From the NCBI GenBank assembly GCA_950097015.1, contig CATNEN010000038.1:17670001-17734000 (forward strand): a DNA stretch of 64,000 nt. The letters run 5' to 3'. Of this stretch, positions 22,201 through 35,044 are shown in pieces. A program made the translations under genes and the position numbers. This DNA is from Macrostomum hystrix. Taxonomy: Eukaryota > Animalia > Platyhelminthes. The notes under the pieces were generated by a model. The model did not search any database, had not been told where the DNA came from, and saw only the letters and a program-made list of their open reading frames with translations. Each line of letters begins with the position of its first letter. Positions within the stretch are counted from its first letter, which is position 1.

Positions 22201-23966
22201 GTTGCCGAAAACTCGCTGATGGAGCTCAGCCAGTGATATTCTATAGCTGCATGGCGTCCTTATCAACCAGCAATGCTAATGCACTGACACCGGGTATCTA
22301 AGTTCCCATCTGACGATGATGGCTCTTGTTGTTTACAAGTCCCTTCGATATAATATCTCCCTTCTCGACCTTGCAATCGATAGTCTAATAGTCAAGACAA
22401 TTTCCAGTTTTGTCTACCAAATAAAGATTTCGATAGCTTCAAGGAACAGCTTCTTATGTCAAGAGCTTCAAAGTGCCACTTGTGATTTTGAGTGCCTCAA
22501 AACTAACCTGTAATCATTTGAAGGTTACAAAACACCACTGAAGATTTGGAAACACCACTAACAAGTGACAGTCTAAAAAGACCGCCTGTGATTTGAGAGC
22601 CTCAAAACACCGCTTGTGACTTGGGAGCCTCAAAACACCGCTTGTGACTTGGGAGCCTCAAAACACCGCTTGTGACTTGGGAGCCTCAAAACACCGCTTG
22701 TGACTTGGGAGCCTCAAAACACCGCTTTGGTTGAAGAGCCTCAAAACACCGCTTGTGACTTGGGAGCCTCAAAACACCGCTTTGATTGGAGAGCCTCAAA
22801 ACACCGCTTGTAACTTAGGAGCCTCAAAACACCGCTTGTGACTTGGGAGCCTCAAAACACCGTTTTGATTGGAGAGCCTCAAAACACCGCTTGTAACTTA
22901 GGAGCCTCAAAACACCGCTTGTAACTTAGGAGCCTCAAAACACCGCTTGTGACATGAGAGCCTCAAAACACTGTTCCTTTATTTGATTGGTGTCAGACAC
23001 AGCTCGCCTATAGTGAGACAGTCAGACAGACATAATTATAGATTCTTATTCTGAGCGGCGGCTATCTTGAACACCCAGGTCCAGCTGCAGGTCACGTGAA
23101 GTCAATGATAATCGTGCCAAAGTGACGCAGGACAGCAAAGTGCTCCAGGTTGTTGGAGAGAGCAGACAGGCAAAGCTGGTTCTACATAATTCATGAGGGG
23201 CTGACTCGGAGGCACAATTTCCGCGGAGGTTAGGGCGAGGCAAAAGCAGCAGATCAGAGTTAAAGAGACTCTCAACCAGTTTCTCTGTAGGCAATATAAT
23301 CTTGATTATTAAACAGCTGAACTTCTGCAGACAAGTGTTTCGATCTTATATTTTTGATAATTACTAATAAAGCTAAGAAGTTGAGTTCCTTTCACGAATG
23401 CTTGAAAGTTTCAAACGTTTTTTGAGTGTGCAAAATGTTAGCAAAATTTGAAAAACTAAAAAAGTAACAAACGGCACAGTTTACCTTGTGGATCCGGGAC
23501 ATTGGTTGGCCGGTCTCTGTCGATACCATGGTACACAAACAGGCCATTGTGGGCAGCGCTACACGAATTATAATGAGTGGATAATATAAACTATTTAAGA
23601 TCAAGAACCGACCGATATGTATCGAAAAAATTGAATTTGAAGTTATAAAACTGCACTTCATTAAAGTATTAATAAATTCGAAAGACTTAAAACGGAAGAT
23701 TCGAATTAATTTTCCATTCTAATGGCGTCCATTAACACAATGAGAGCTGACCTATTATTGGTCATACGAATAGGGGATAAATGAAAGATATTATTTGTTT
23801 ATTTCTAGCGCGACAAGACTCATTGCGATCGATCAGATACTGATGATACATCAATAACAATATCTGTGAGTAGGCCTCACCAAGAACTGCTTGAGTAGAC
23901 GTGACCGTCTGTGTCTTCGCAGTAGAGACTAACAAAGTCGCCTACACAAATAAATCCTGAGTTCAT
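3460..23966 (-). CDS. ITPR: Inositol 1,4,5-trisphosphate receptor-like Ca2+ channel, 5' part (17 coding exons, 786 codons; gene continues beyond the left window edge)
   Basis: Exons in transcript order: 23881-23966, 23485-23558, 16858-17192, 16689-16766, 15491-15571, 15084-15181, 14893-14980, 14297-14384, 13541-13885, 10935-11023, 8599-8724, 8376-8507, 5731-5916, 4342-4464, 4088-4192, 3802-3993, 3460-3592. All are GT-AG with matching phases. Translation has ITPR-like motifs: [68 protein letters not shown] (MIR/beta-trefoil), [43 protein letters not shown] (RIH), LCHGRN. Confidence 0.93.
3645..3731 (+). mobile_element. SINE family A fragment
   Basis: AGCGTGTGCCTGCGTACAGTATCTGTGTGCGTGTGTGCTCAGGA is identical to 12700-12743. 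Confidence 0.65.
4494..5628. repeat. 31-bp minisatellite (GGAATTCTAACCCATGAAGGTTCAGGGGCTC)n, with 28-bp variants at the right end
   Basis: About 37 copies. Fills most of ITPR intron 13. Confidence 0.95.
6142..6488 (-). mobile_element. tRNA-derived SINE family A, full length
   Basis: Reverse complement matches the 12482-12825 copy along its whole length. A-box-like and B-box-like head. Confidence 0.8.
7202..7972. mobile_element. Non-autonomous hAT (Charlie-like) MITE with an internal 16-bp minisatellite
   Basis: TIRs CAGGGGTCGGCAAACT / AGTTTGCCCACCCCTG (15 of 16 match). 8-bp TSD GTCTAGGC / CTCTAGGC resembles the NTCTAGAN target. Subterminal GGCCCG motifs. Confidence 0.85.
8811..9855. repeat. 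34-bp minisatellite (GAACTGACACCTCACCAAAGGACTGGGTAGAATA)n
   Basis: About 30 copies. Confidence 0.95.
10384..10924. repeat. 23-bp minisatellite (CTCCAATGACCAGGGAAGGACAG)n
   Basis: Tandem copies ending 10 bp from the exon 10 donor. Confidence 0.93.
11375..11912. repeat. 22-bp minisatellite (CTCCAATGACCAGGAGAGGACTG-like)n, same family as 10384-10924
   Basis: Tandem copies. Confidence 0.93.
12482..12825 (+). mobile_element. tRNA-derived SINE family A, full length
   Basis: Head GGTGGCAGAGCGGT (A box) and AGTTCGATTCC (B box). Dispersed copies at 6142, 56451, 3645 and 24258. Short ATT tail. Confidence 0.8.
13284..13468. repeat. 18-bp perfect minisatellite (GAGCACAAACTGACTCCT)n
   Basis: About 10 copies. 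Confidence 0.95.
14455..14822. repeat. 32/35-bp minisatellite (TCTACCCTTTGATGTGCCGCACCTCACTCTTA)n
   Basis: About 11 imperfect copies. Confidence 0.9.
15194..15419. repeat. 16/20-bp minisatellite (GGGACATTGTCAGTTAGACA)n
   Basis: Tandem copies. Confidence 0.9.
16032..16311. repeat. (GATA)n microsatellite
   Basis: About 70 units with GATT/GATG variants. Confidence 0.97.
17153..21340. repeat. 67-bp tandem array (about 62 copies) overlapping the ITPR exon 3 acceptor
   Basis: Period 67 (GGAACAGGAG at 17181 and 17248). The leftmost copy forms the start of the exon. Confidence 0.97.
22580..22972. repeat. 28-bp minisatellite (GAGCCTCAAAACACCGCTTGTGACTTGG)n
   Basis: About 14 copies. Confidence 0.93.
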
Positions 23967-24073
23967 TTCGAAACTTGAGTTTAGGATTGATTCAACCTAC
24001 GGCTTTCGGTTCTAGCTGTGGATGGCGCCAATTTTTTCTGTTTCTAAACTGAAATTTCTGCTGCGATCGAGCG

Positions 24074-24108
24074 CTGATTGGTTGGTTTTAGTCCAGCCAA
24101 TCCGATTG
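24074..24108. promoter_or_regulatory. Paired CCAAT boxes about 110-140 bp upstream of the ITPR start codon
   Basis: CTGATTGGTT and CAGCCAATCC in opposite orientations. Position is promoter-compatible, but the TSS is unknown. Confidence 0.3.
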
Positions 24109-24257
24109 TTTTTCAGCGGATCAGGAGTACTATTGGCCCTTGACAATAGTTTAGAGCATAATTTTTTATTATCTGCATATGGCATATATGGCTATACGAC
24201 TAGGGTTTTAGTTGTCCCTGTAAAAAAGCATCAAAATTTCAAATTCGAGAATCGCAA

Positions 24258-24306
24258 CAAGGTCCCTGAGTTCGAATCCGCGCTGCGAGGCCACATTCGT
24301 TTGAGT
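24258..24306 (+). mobile_element. SINE family A fragment (B-box region)
   Basis: CAAGGTCCCTGAGTTCGAATCC..CGAGGCCACATTC matches 12522-12561. Confidence 0.55.
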
Positions 24307-24360
24307 TTGAGGCGCAGTCGATAGACTGTCAAAATGGTAAAAATTCAGTTAACCCACAAG

Positions 24361-24552
24361 GGGTTGTAGCCTAGTGGTTAGGGCGTCGGACTCACAACTT
24401 GGAGGTCGGAGGTTCGATTCCCGACTCCACTGGAACAATTTGTGTCCTTTCGCAAGACACTTAATTCTGAATTGCTTCAGTTCACCCAGCTGTTAAATGG
24501 GTACCAGCAGTAGCTGGGGTAATTGAGGGTGGTTGTGGCGTCCCCCCAGTCC
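24361..24552 (+). mobile_element. SINE family B, 3'-truncated
   Basis: Close match to 46409-46600. Confidence 0.8.
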
Positions 24553-25379
24553 CGGACTTTTCACAGTTTTTCAAATACGGGACTATTCAAATATACAATT
24601 TCCACAGAAAAGAAATATCTTTGGCTAGAAATGAAAAGAAATTGCGCTCCAGACCATGATTTGATTATCGTTGAACAAAGAATATCTTCCTATTTTATAT
24701 GTGAAAATTCTATTTAAATAAATTTCAGTGAGCTCGCTTGAAAGCAGTGAATGCTTTGAAATTTTTTTGAACAGTCAAAGCAGAAAAAGATCTGTGAGTT
24801 AGAAGCAAACACTATAAAAAATGTGAAAAGATCAAAGCCGGAAGTTTGCTGAAGAAAGAATTTCAATTCAAAATTCTCTTTCAGTAGCAATACAATATAA
24901 CTAATACATAAAACTGAAGCGGCATTTCCACTTTAGCTCGTGGTTTAATACGATTAGCAGAAGAAATCTTTTGAGAACTTCTGGCCAGTGCTCAAGATAT
25001 CTGCCTGAAGATATGTCAGTTTCCAGGAACCTGTCTGTGGCCGATAAACATCTCATTCCAATCTCTCACAACAGGGGGAGGGGATATTGTTCCGGGATTT
25101 CGGACTCAAACTACAATCTTTAAAGCCCGCGCAGGGACCAATCGAGGGATAAAAAAAGAGAAGAATGCCCCCCCATCCACTGCAGATCTAAGATAAGAAG
25201 ATCGACTCAAAAGACTGCTCAGCCGTCTATTGAGACTGTGAGTCGGGAAGTGGCAAGTTTCGGTGGAAATCCTCGGGCTGAGAACTGCCAGCAGATTTAG
25301 AATGACGGCACAGACTACTCATGCAATGTCCAAAATAATTTTATATTCAAGGGATGAGTAAACTTAAGTGAAGGGCGAA

Positions 25380-28300
25380 AATTGGAATGAGAAAATTGGA
25401 TTGCGAAGATTGGGAAAAAAGATTAAAACTGTGAGATTGGGATGAAAATATTTGGATGAGAAGATAAGAATGAGAATATTGAAATGACGAGATTGGAAAG
25501 AGAATATTGGAATGAGAATATTGGAATGAGAATATTGGAATGAGAATATTGGAATGAGAATATTGGAATGAGGAGATTGGAATGAGAATATTGAAATGAC
25601 GAGATTGGAAAGAGAATATTGGAATGAGAATATTGGAATGAGAATATTGGAATGAGAATATTGGAATGAGAATATTGGAATGAGAATATTGGAATGAGAA
25701 TATTAGAATGAGAATATTGGAATGAGAATATTGGAATGAGAATATTGGAATGAGGAGATTGGAATGAGAATATTGGAATGAGAATATTGGAATGAAAATA
25801 TTGGAATGAGAATATTGGAATGAGAATATTGGAATGAGGAGATTGGAATGAGAATATTGGAATGAGAATATTGGAATGAGGAGATTGGAATGAGAATATT
25901 GGAATGAGAATATTGGAATGAGAATATTGGAATGAGAATATTGGAATGAGAATATTGGAATGACGAGATTGGAAAGAGAATATTGGAATGAGAATATTGG
26001 AATGAGAATATTGGAATGAGAATATTGGAATGAGAATATTGGAATGAGAATATTGGAATAAGAATATTGGAATGAGAATATTGGAATGAGGAGATTGGAA
26101 TGAGAATATTGGAATGAGGAGATTGGAATGAGAATATTGGAATGAGGATATTGAAATGAGGATATTGGAATAAGAATATTGGAATGAGAATATTGGAATG
26201 AGGAGATTGGAATGAGAATATTGGAATGAGAATATTGGAATGAGGAGATTGGAATGAGGAGATTGGAATGAGAATATTGGAATGAGAATATTGGAATGAG
26301 AATATTGGAATGAGGAGATTGGAATGAGGAGATTGGAATGAGAATATTGGAATGAGAATATTGGAATGAGGAGATTAGAATGAGGAGATTGGAATGAGAA
26401 TATCGGAATGAGAATATTGGAATGAGAATATTGGAATGAGGAGATTGGAATGAGAATATTGGAATGAGAATATTGGAATGAGGAGATTGGAATGAGAATA
26501 TTGGAATGAGAATATTGGAATGAGAATACTGGAATGAGGAGATTGGAATGAGAATATTGGAATGAGAATATTGGAATGAGAATATTGGAATGAGGAGATT
26601 GGAATGAGAATATTGGAATGAGAATATTGGAATGAGAATACTGGAATGAGGAGATTGGAAAGAGAATATTGGAATGAGAATATTGGAATGAGAATATTGG
26701 AATGAGGAGATTGGAATGAGAATATTGGAATGAGAATATTGGAATGAGAATATTGGAATGAGAATATTGGAATGAGAATATTGGAATGAGAATATTGGAA
26801 TGAGAATATTGGAATGAGAATATTGGAATGAGGAGATTGGAATGAGAATATTGAAATGAGGATATTGGAATGAGGAGATTGGAATGAGGAGATTGGAATG
26901 AGGAGATTGGAATGAGGAGATTGGAATGAGAATATTGGAATGAGAATATTGGAATGAGAATATTGGAATGAGAATATTGGAATGAGAATATTGGAATGAG
27001 AATATTGGAATGAGGAGATTGGAATGAGAATATTGGAATGAGAATATTGGAATGAAAATATTGGAATGAGAATATTGGAATGAGAATATTGGAATGAGGA
27101 GATTGGAATGAGAATATTGGAATGAGAATATTGGAATGAGGAGATTGGAATGAGAATATTGGAATGAGAATATTGGAATGAGAATATTGGAATGAGAATA
27201 TTGGAATGAGAATATTGGAATGACGAGATTGGAAAGAGAATATTGGAATGAGAATATTGGAATGAGAATATTGGAATGAGAATATTGGAATGAGAATATT
27301 GGAATGAGAATATTGGAATGAGAATATTGGAATGAGAATATTGGAATGAGAATATTGGAATGAGAATATTGGAATGAGGAGATTGGAATGAGAATATTGG
27401 AATGAGGAGATTGGAATGAGAATATTGGAATGAGGATATTGGAATGAGGATATTGGAATGAGAATATTGGAATGAGAATATTGGAATGAGGAGATTGGAA
27501 TGAGAATATTGGAATGAGAATATTGGAATGAGGAGATTGGAATGAGGAGATTGGAATGAGAATATTGGAATGAGAATATTGGAATGAGAATATTGGAATG
27601 AGGAGATTGGAATGAGGAGATTGGAATGAGAATATTGGAATGAGAATATTGGAATGAGGAGATTAGAATGAGGAGATTGGAATGAGAATATCGGAATGAG
27701 AATATTGGAATGAGAATATTGGAATGAGGAGATTGGAATGAGAATATTGGAATGAGAATATTGGAATGAGGAGATTGGAATGAGAATATTGGAATGAGAA
27801 TATTGGAATGAGAATACTGGAATGAGGAGATTGGAATGAGAATATTGGAATGAGAATATTGGAATGAGAATATTGGAATGACGAGATTGGAAAGAGAATA
27901 TTGGAATGAGAATATTGGAATGAGGAGATTGGAATGAGAATATTGGAATGAGAATATTGGAATGAGAATATTGGAATGAGAATATTAGAATGAGAATATT
28001 GGAATGAGAATATTGGAATGAGAATATTGGAATGAGGAGATTGGAATGAGAATATTGGAATGAGAATATTGGAATGAGAATATTGGAATGAGAATATTGG
28101 AATGAGAATATTGGAATGAGGAGATTGGAATGAGGAGATTGGAATGAGGATATTGGAATGAGGAGATTGGAATGAGGAGATTGGAATGAGGAGATTGGAA
28201 TGAGGAGATTGGAATGAGAATATTGGAATGAGAATATTGGAATGAGGAGATTGGAATGAGAATATTGGAATGAGAATATTGGAATGAGAATACTGGAATG

Positions 28301-31300
28301 AGGAGATTGGAATGAGAATATTGGAATGAGAATATTGGAATGAGAATATTGGAATGACGAGATTGGAAAGAGAATATTGGAATGAGAATATTGGAATGAG
28401 GAGATTGGAATGAGAATATTGGAATGAGAATATTGGAATGAGAATATTGGAATGAGAATATTAGAATGAGAATATTGGAATGAGAATATTGGAATGAGAA
28501 TATTGGAATGAGAATATTGGAATGAGAATATTGGAATGAGAATATTGGAATAAGAATATTGGAATGAGAATATTGGAATGAGGAGATTGGAATGAGAATA
28601 TTGGAATGAGGAGATTGGAATGAGAATATTGGAATGAGGATATTGAAATGAGGATATTGGAATAAGAATATTGGAATGAGAATATTGGAATGAGGAGATT
28701 GGAATGAGAATATTGGAATGAGAATATTGGAATGAGAATATTGGAATGAGAATATTGGAATGAGAATATTGGAATGAGAATATTGGAATGAGGAGATTGG
28801 AATGAGGAGATTGGAATGAGAATATTGGAATGAGAATATTGGAATGAGGAGATTAGAATGAGGAGATTGGAATGAGAATATCGGAATGAGAATATTGGAA
28901 TGAGAATATTGGAATGAGGAGATTGGAATGAGAATATTGGAATGAGAATATTGGAATGAGGAGATTGGAATGAGAATATTGGAATGAGAATATTGGAATG
29001 AGAATACTGGAATGAGGAGATTGGAATGAGAATATTGGAATGAGAATATTGGAATGAGAATATTGGAATGAGGAGATTGGAATGAGGAGATTGGAAAGAG
29101 AATATTGGAATGAGAATATTGGAATGAGAATATTGGAATGAGAATATTGGAATGAGAATATTGGAATGAGAATATTGGAATGAGAATATTGGAATGAGAA
29201 TATTGGAATGAGAATATTGGAATGAGAATATTGGAATGAGAATATTGGAATGAGAATATTGGAATGAGGAGATTGGAATGAGAATATTGAAATGAGGATA
29301 TTGGAATGAGGAGATTGGAATGAGGAGATTGGAATGAGGAGATTGGAATGAGGAGATTGGAATGAGAATATTGGAATGAGAATATTGGAATGAGAATATT
29401 GGAATGAGAATATTGGAATGAGAATATTGGAATGAGAATATTGGAATGAGGAGATTGGAATGAGAATATTGGAATGAGAATATTGGAATGAAAATATTGG
29501 AATGAGAATATTGGAATGAGAATATTGGAATGAGGAGATTGGAATGAGAATATTGGAATGAGAATATTGGAATGAGGAGATTGGAATGAGAATATTGGAA
29601 TGAGAATATTGGAATGAGAATATTGGAATGAGAATATTGGAATGAGAATATTGGAATGACGAGATTGGAAAGAGAATATTGGAATGAGAATATTGGAATG
29701 AGAATATTGGAATGAGAATATTGGAATGAGAATATTGGAATGAGGAGATTGGAATGAGAATATTGGAATGAGGAGATTGGAATGAGAATATTGGAATGAG
29801 GAGATTGGAATGAGAATATTGGAATGAGGATATTGGAATGAGGATATTGGAATGAGAATATTGGAATGAGAATATTGGAATGAGGAGATAGGAATGCGGA
29901 TAATGGAATGAGAATATTGGAATGAGAATATTGGAATGAGAATAATGGAATGAGGAGATTGGAATGAGAATATTGGAATGAGAATATTGGAATAAGAATA
30001 TTGAAATGAGGATATTGGAATGAGAATATTGGAATGAGAATATTGGAATGAGGAGATTGGAATGAGAATATTGGAATGAGAATATTGGAATGAGAATATT
30101 GGAATGAGGAGATTGGAATGAGGAGATTGGAATGAGAATATTGGAATGAGAATATTGGAATGAGGAGATTGGAATGAGAATATTGGAATGAGAATATTGG
30201 AATGAGAATACTGGAATGAGGAGATTGGAATGAGAATATTGGAATGAGAATATTGGAATGAGAATATTGGAATGACGAGATTGGAAAGAGAATATTGGAA
30301 TGAGAATATTGGAATGAGGAGATTGGAATGAGAATATTGGAATGAGAATATTGGAATGAGAATATTGGAATGAGAATATTAGAATGAGAATATTGGAATG
30401 AGAATATTGGAATGAGAATATTGGAATGAGGAGATTGGAATGAGAATATTGGAATGAGAATATTGGAATGAGAATATTGGAATGAGAATATTGGAATGAG
30501 AATATTGGAATGAGGAGATTGGAATGAGGAGATTGGAATGAGGATATTGGAATGAGGAGATTGGAATGAGGAGATTGGAATGAGGAGATTGGAATGAGGA
30601 GATTGGAATGAGAATATTGGAATGAGAATATTGGAATGAGGAGATTGGAATGAGGAGATTGGAATGAGAATATTGGAATGAGAATATTGGAATGAGAATA
30701 CTGGAATGAGGAGATTGGAATGAGAATATTGGAATGAGAATATTGGAATGAGAATATTGGAATGACGAGATTGGAAAGAGAATATTGGAATGAGAATATT
30801 GGAATGAGGAGATTGGAATGAGAATATTGGAATGAGAATATTGGAATGAGAATATTGGAATGAGAATATTAGAATGAGAATATTGGAATGAGAATATTGG
30901 AATGAGAATATTGGAATGAGGAGATTGGAATGAGAATATTGGAATGAGAATATTGGAATGAGAATATTGGAATGAGAATATTGGAATGAGAATATTGGAA
31001 TGAGGAGATTGGAATGAGGAGATTGGAATGAGGATATTGGAATGAGGAGATTGGAATGAGGAGATTGGAATGAGGAGATTGGAATGAGGAGATTGGAATG
31101 AGAATATTGGAATGAGAATATTGGAATGAGAATATTGGAATGAGAATATTGGAATGAGAATATTGGAATGAGAATATTGGAATGAGAATATTAGAATGAG
31201 GAGATTGGAATGAGGATAATGGAATGAGAATATTGGAATGAGGAGATTGGAATGAGGATAATGGAATGAGAATATTGGAATGAGAAGATTGGAATGAGAA

Positions 31301-33882
31301 TATTGGAATGAGAATATTGGAATGAGAAGATTGGAATGAGAATATTGGAATGAGAAGATTGGAATGAGAATATTGGAATGACGAGATTGGAATGAGAATA
31401 TTGGAATGAGAAGATTGGAATGAGAATATTGGAATGAGAATATTGGAATGAGGAGATTGGAATGAGGATAATGGAATGAGAATATTGGAATGAGAATATT
31501 GGAATGAGAATATTGGAATGATAATATTGGAATGAGAATATTGGAATGAGAAGATTGGAATGAGAATATTGGAATGAGAATATTGAAATGAGGAGATAGG
31601 AATGCGGATAATGGAATGAGAATATTGGAATGAGAATATTGGAATGAGAATAATGGAATGAGGAGATTGGAATGAGAATATTGGAATGAGAATATTGGAA
31701 TAAGAATATTGAAATGAGGATATTGGAATGAGAATATTGGAATGAGAATATTGGAATGAGGAGATTGGAATGAGAATATTGGAATGAGAATATTGGAATG
31801 AGAATATTGGAATGAGGAGATTGGAATGAGGAGATTGGAATGAGAATATTGGAATGAGAATATTGGAATGAGAATACTGGAATGAGGAGATTGGAATGAG
31901 AATATTGGAATGAGAATATTGGAATGAGAATATTGGAATGAGGAGATTGGAATGAGAATATTGGAATGAGAAGATTGGAATGAGAATATTGGAATGAGAA
32001 TATTGGAATGAGGAGATTGGAATGAGGATAATGGAATGAGAATATTGGAATGAGAATATTGGAATGAGAATATTGGAATGATAATATTGGAATGAGAATA
32101 TTGGAATGAGAAGATTGGAATGAGAATATTGGAATGAGAATATTGGAATGATAATATTGGAATGAGAATATTGGAATGAGAAGATTGGAATGAGAATATT
32201 GGAATGAGAATATTGAAATGAGGAGATAGGAATGCGGATAATGGAATGAGAATATTGGAATGAGAATATTGGAATGAGAATAATGGAATGAGGAGATTGG
32301 AATGAGAATATTGGAATGAGAATATTGGAATAAGAATATTGAAATGAGGATATTGGAATGAGAATATTGGAATGAGAATATTGGAATGAGGAGATTGGAA
32401 TGAGAATATTGGAATGAGAATATTGGAATGAGAATATTGGAATGAGGAGATTGGAATGAGGAGATTGGAATGAGAATATTGGAATGAGAATATTGGAATG
32501 AGAATACTGGAATGAGGAGATTGGAATGAGAATATTGGAATGAGAATATTGGAATGAGAATATTGGAATGAGGAGATTGGAATGAGAATATTGGAATGAG
32601 AATATTGGAATGAGAATATTGGAATGAGAATATTGGAATGAGAATATTGGAATGAGGAGATTGGAATGAGAATATTGGAATGAGAATATTGGAATGAGGA
32701 GATTGGAATGAGGAGATTGGAATGAGAATATTGGAATGAGAATATTGGAATGAGGAGATTGGAATGAGGAGATTGGAATGAGAATATTGGAATGAGAATA
32801 TTGGAATGAGAATATTGGAATGAGGAGATTGGAATGAGGAGATTGGAATGAGAATATTGGAATGAGAATATTGGAATGAGGAGATTAGAATGAGGAGATT
32901 GGAATGAGAATATCGGAATGAGAATATTGGAATGAGAATATTGGAATGAGGAGATTGGAATGAGAATATTGGAATGAGAATATTGGAATGAGGAGATTGG
33001 AATGAGAATATTGGAATGAGAATATTGGAATGAGAATACTGGAATGAGGAGATTGGAATGAGAATATTGGAATGAGAATATTGGAATGAGAATATTGGAA
33101 TGACGAGATTGGAAAGAGAATATTGGAATGAGAATATTGGAATGAGGAGATTGGAATGAGAATATTGGAATGAGAATATTGGAATGAGAATATTGGAATG
33201 AGAATATTAGAATGAGAATATTGGAATGAGAATATTGGAATGAGAATAATGGAATGAGGAGATTGGAATGAGAATATTGGAATGAGAATATTGGAATAAG
33301 AATATTGAAATGAGGATATTGGAATGAGAATATTGGAATGAGAATATTGGAATGAGGAGATTGGAATGAGAATATTGGAATGAGAATATTGGAATGAGAA
33401 TATTGGAATGAGGAGATTGGAATGAGGAGATTGGAATGAGGAGATTGGAATGAGGAGATTGGAATGAGAATATTGGAATGAGAATATTGGAATGAGAATA
33501 TTGGAATGAGAATATTGGAATGAGAATATTGGAATGAGAATATTGGAATGAGGAGATTGGAATGAGAATATTGGAATGAGAATATTGGAATGAAAATATT
33601 GGAATGAGAATATTGGAATGAGAATATTGGAATGAGGAGATTGGAATGAGAATATTGGAATGAGAATATTGGAATGAGGAGATTGGAATGAGAATATTGG
33701 AATGAGAATATTGGAATGAGAATATTGGAATGAGAATATTGGAATGAGAATATTGGAATGACGAGATTGGAAAGAGAATATTGGAATGAGAATATTGGAA
33801 TGAGAATATTGGAATGAGAATATTGGAATGAGAATATTGGAATGAGAATACTGGAATGAGGAGATTGGAAGGAGAATATTAG
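25380..33882. repeat. 8.5-kb intergenic 14-bp satellite (GGAATGAGAATATT / GGAATGAGGAGATT)n
   Basis: About 600 units, degenerate left edge, recurring rare variants. Confidence 0.98.
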
Positions 33883-34444
33883 AACGGAGTTGAAGACATC
33901 TAAAATGCAAAAGAGATTAAGGGTATCCTACACAACCTACTTCATCAACCACTAAGACAAAATACGATAGGAATAGGAAATTTCAAGTTGTTAAAGTCAG
34001 GATTTCATCAAAAATCACAGTTCTTAAGTGTCGCCCGTGTTAAATAATCAAGTGATTCATAGCATCTAACAGCTCTCTACAGAAAAGTCACTTGATCACG
34101 AACTGTGACAATGTAAACTTCTAGGTTAAGTCTGCCTTAAAAATTAGTGAACCGTAATTATCGATCCTTAGCTTATACTGCATATTTTTATACTTTTTTT
34201 TCAGAATAAATCACAGTAGTTATGCAAATATACTACTTACTGATCTTCATGAGTAGAATAAAGAAGATTTTCTCGCTTAATGTTATTAAAATAAGCAAGT
34301 CAACACAGGAATATAAAAATTGTCATTCTGAAATATTCATCGGATAAAATCAAAGTAGATTCAGCATTATTTAAGGAAGGCTGATTTTTAAAGCAGCGAT
34401 AAAAACGCGAAGCAACATTGAGTCAAAATATGTGGGCAGGGAAG

Positions 34445-34955
34445 AAGAGAAGACAAGTGGTAAGAGGAGAGAAGACAGGGGTGAGAAGAGAGAAGACAGG
34501 GTGAGAGGAGAGAAGACAGGGATGAGAGGAGAGAAGACAGCGGTGAGAGGAGAGAAGACAGCGGTGAGAGGAGAGAAGACAGGGTGAGAGGAGAGAAGAC
34601 AGGGTGAGAGGAGAGAAGACAGCGGTGAGAGGAGAGAAGACAGCGGTGAGAGGAGAGAAGACAGCGGTGAGAGGAGAGAAGACAGGGTGAGAGGAGAGAA
34701 GACAGCGGTGAGAGGAGAGAAGACAGCGGTGAGAGGAGAGAAGACAGCGGTGAGAGGAGAGAAGACAGCGGTGAGAGGAGAGAAGACAGCGGTGAGAGGA
34801 GAGAAGACAGGGTGAGAGGAGAGAAGACAGGGTGAGAGGAGAGAAGACAGCGGTGAGAGGAGAGAAGACAGCGGTGAGAGGAGAGAAGACAGTGGAGAGA
34901 GGAGAGAAGACAGCGGTGAGAGGAGAGAAGACAGGGGTGAGAGGACAGAAGGCAG
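34445..34955. repeat. 20/21-bp purine-rich minisatellite (GAGAGGAGAGAAGACAGCGGT)n
   Basis: Tandem copies. Confidence 0.95.
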
Positions 34956-35044
34956 GGACGAAGGAGCGGGATAGTGGATGACAAAAGCGAATGAAAGACT
35001 TAAATGAATCATCATAAACTATATAACCTATAAGAACTTATAAA

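Noticed and set aside
24361-24432. tRNA-like sequences here and at 46410, 42210, 57020 and 12482
   Set aside because: They continue into shared SINE bodies and vary between copies. They are SINE heads, not tRNA genes.
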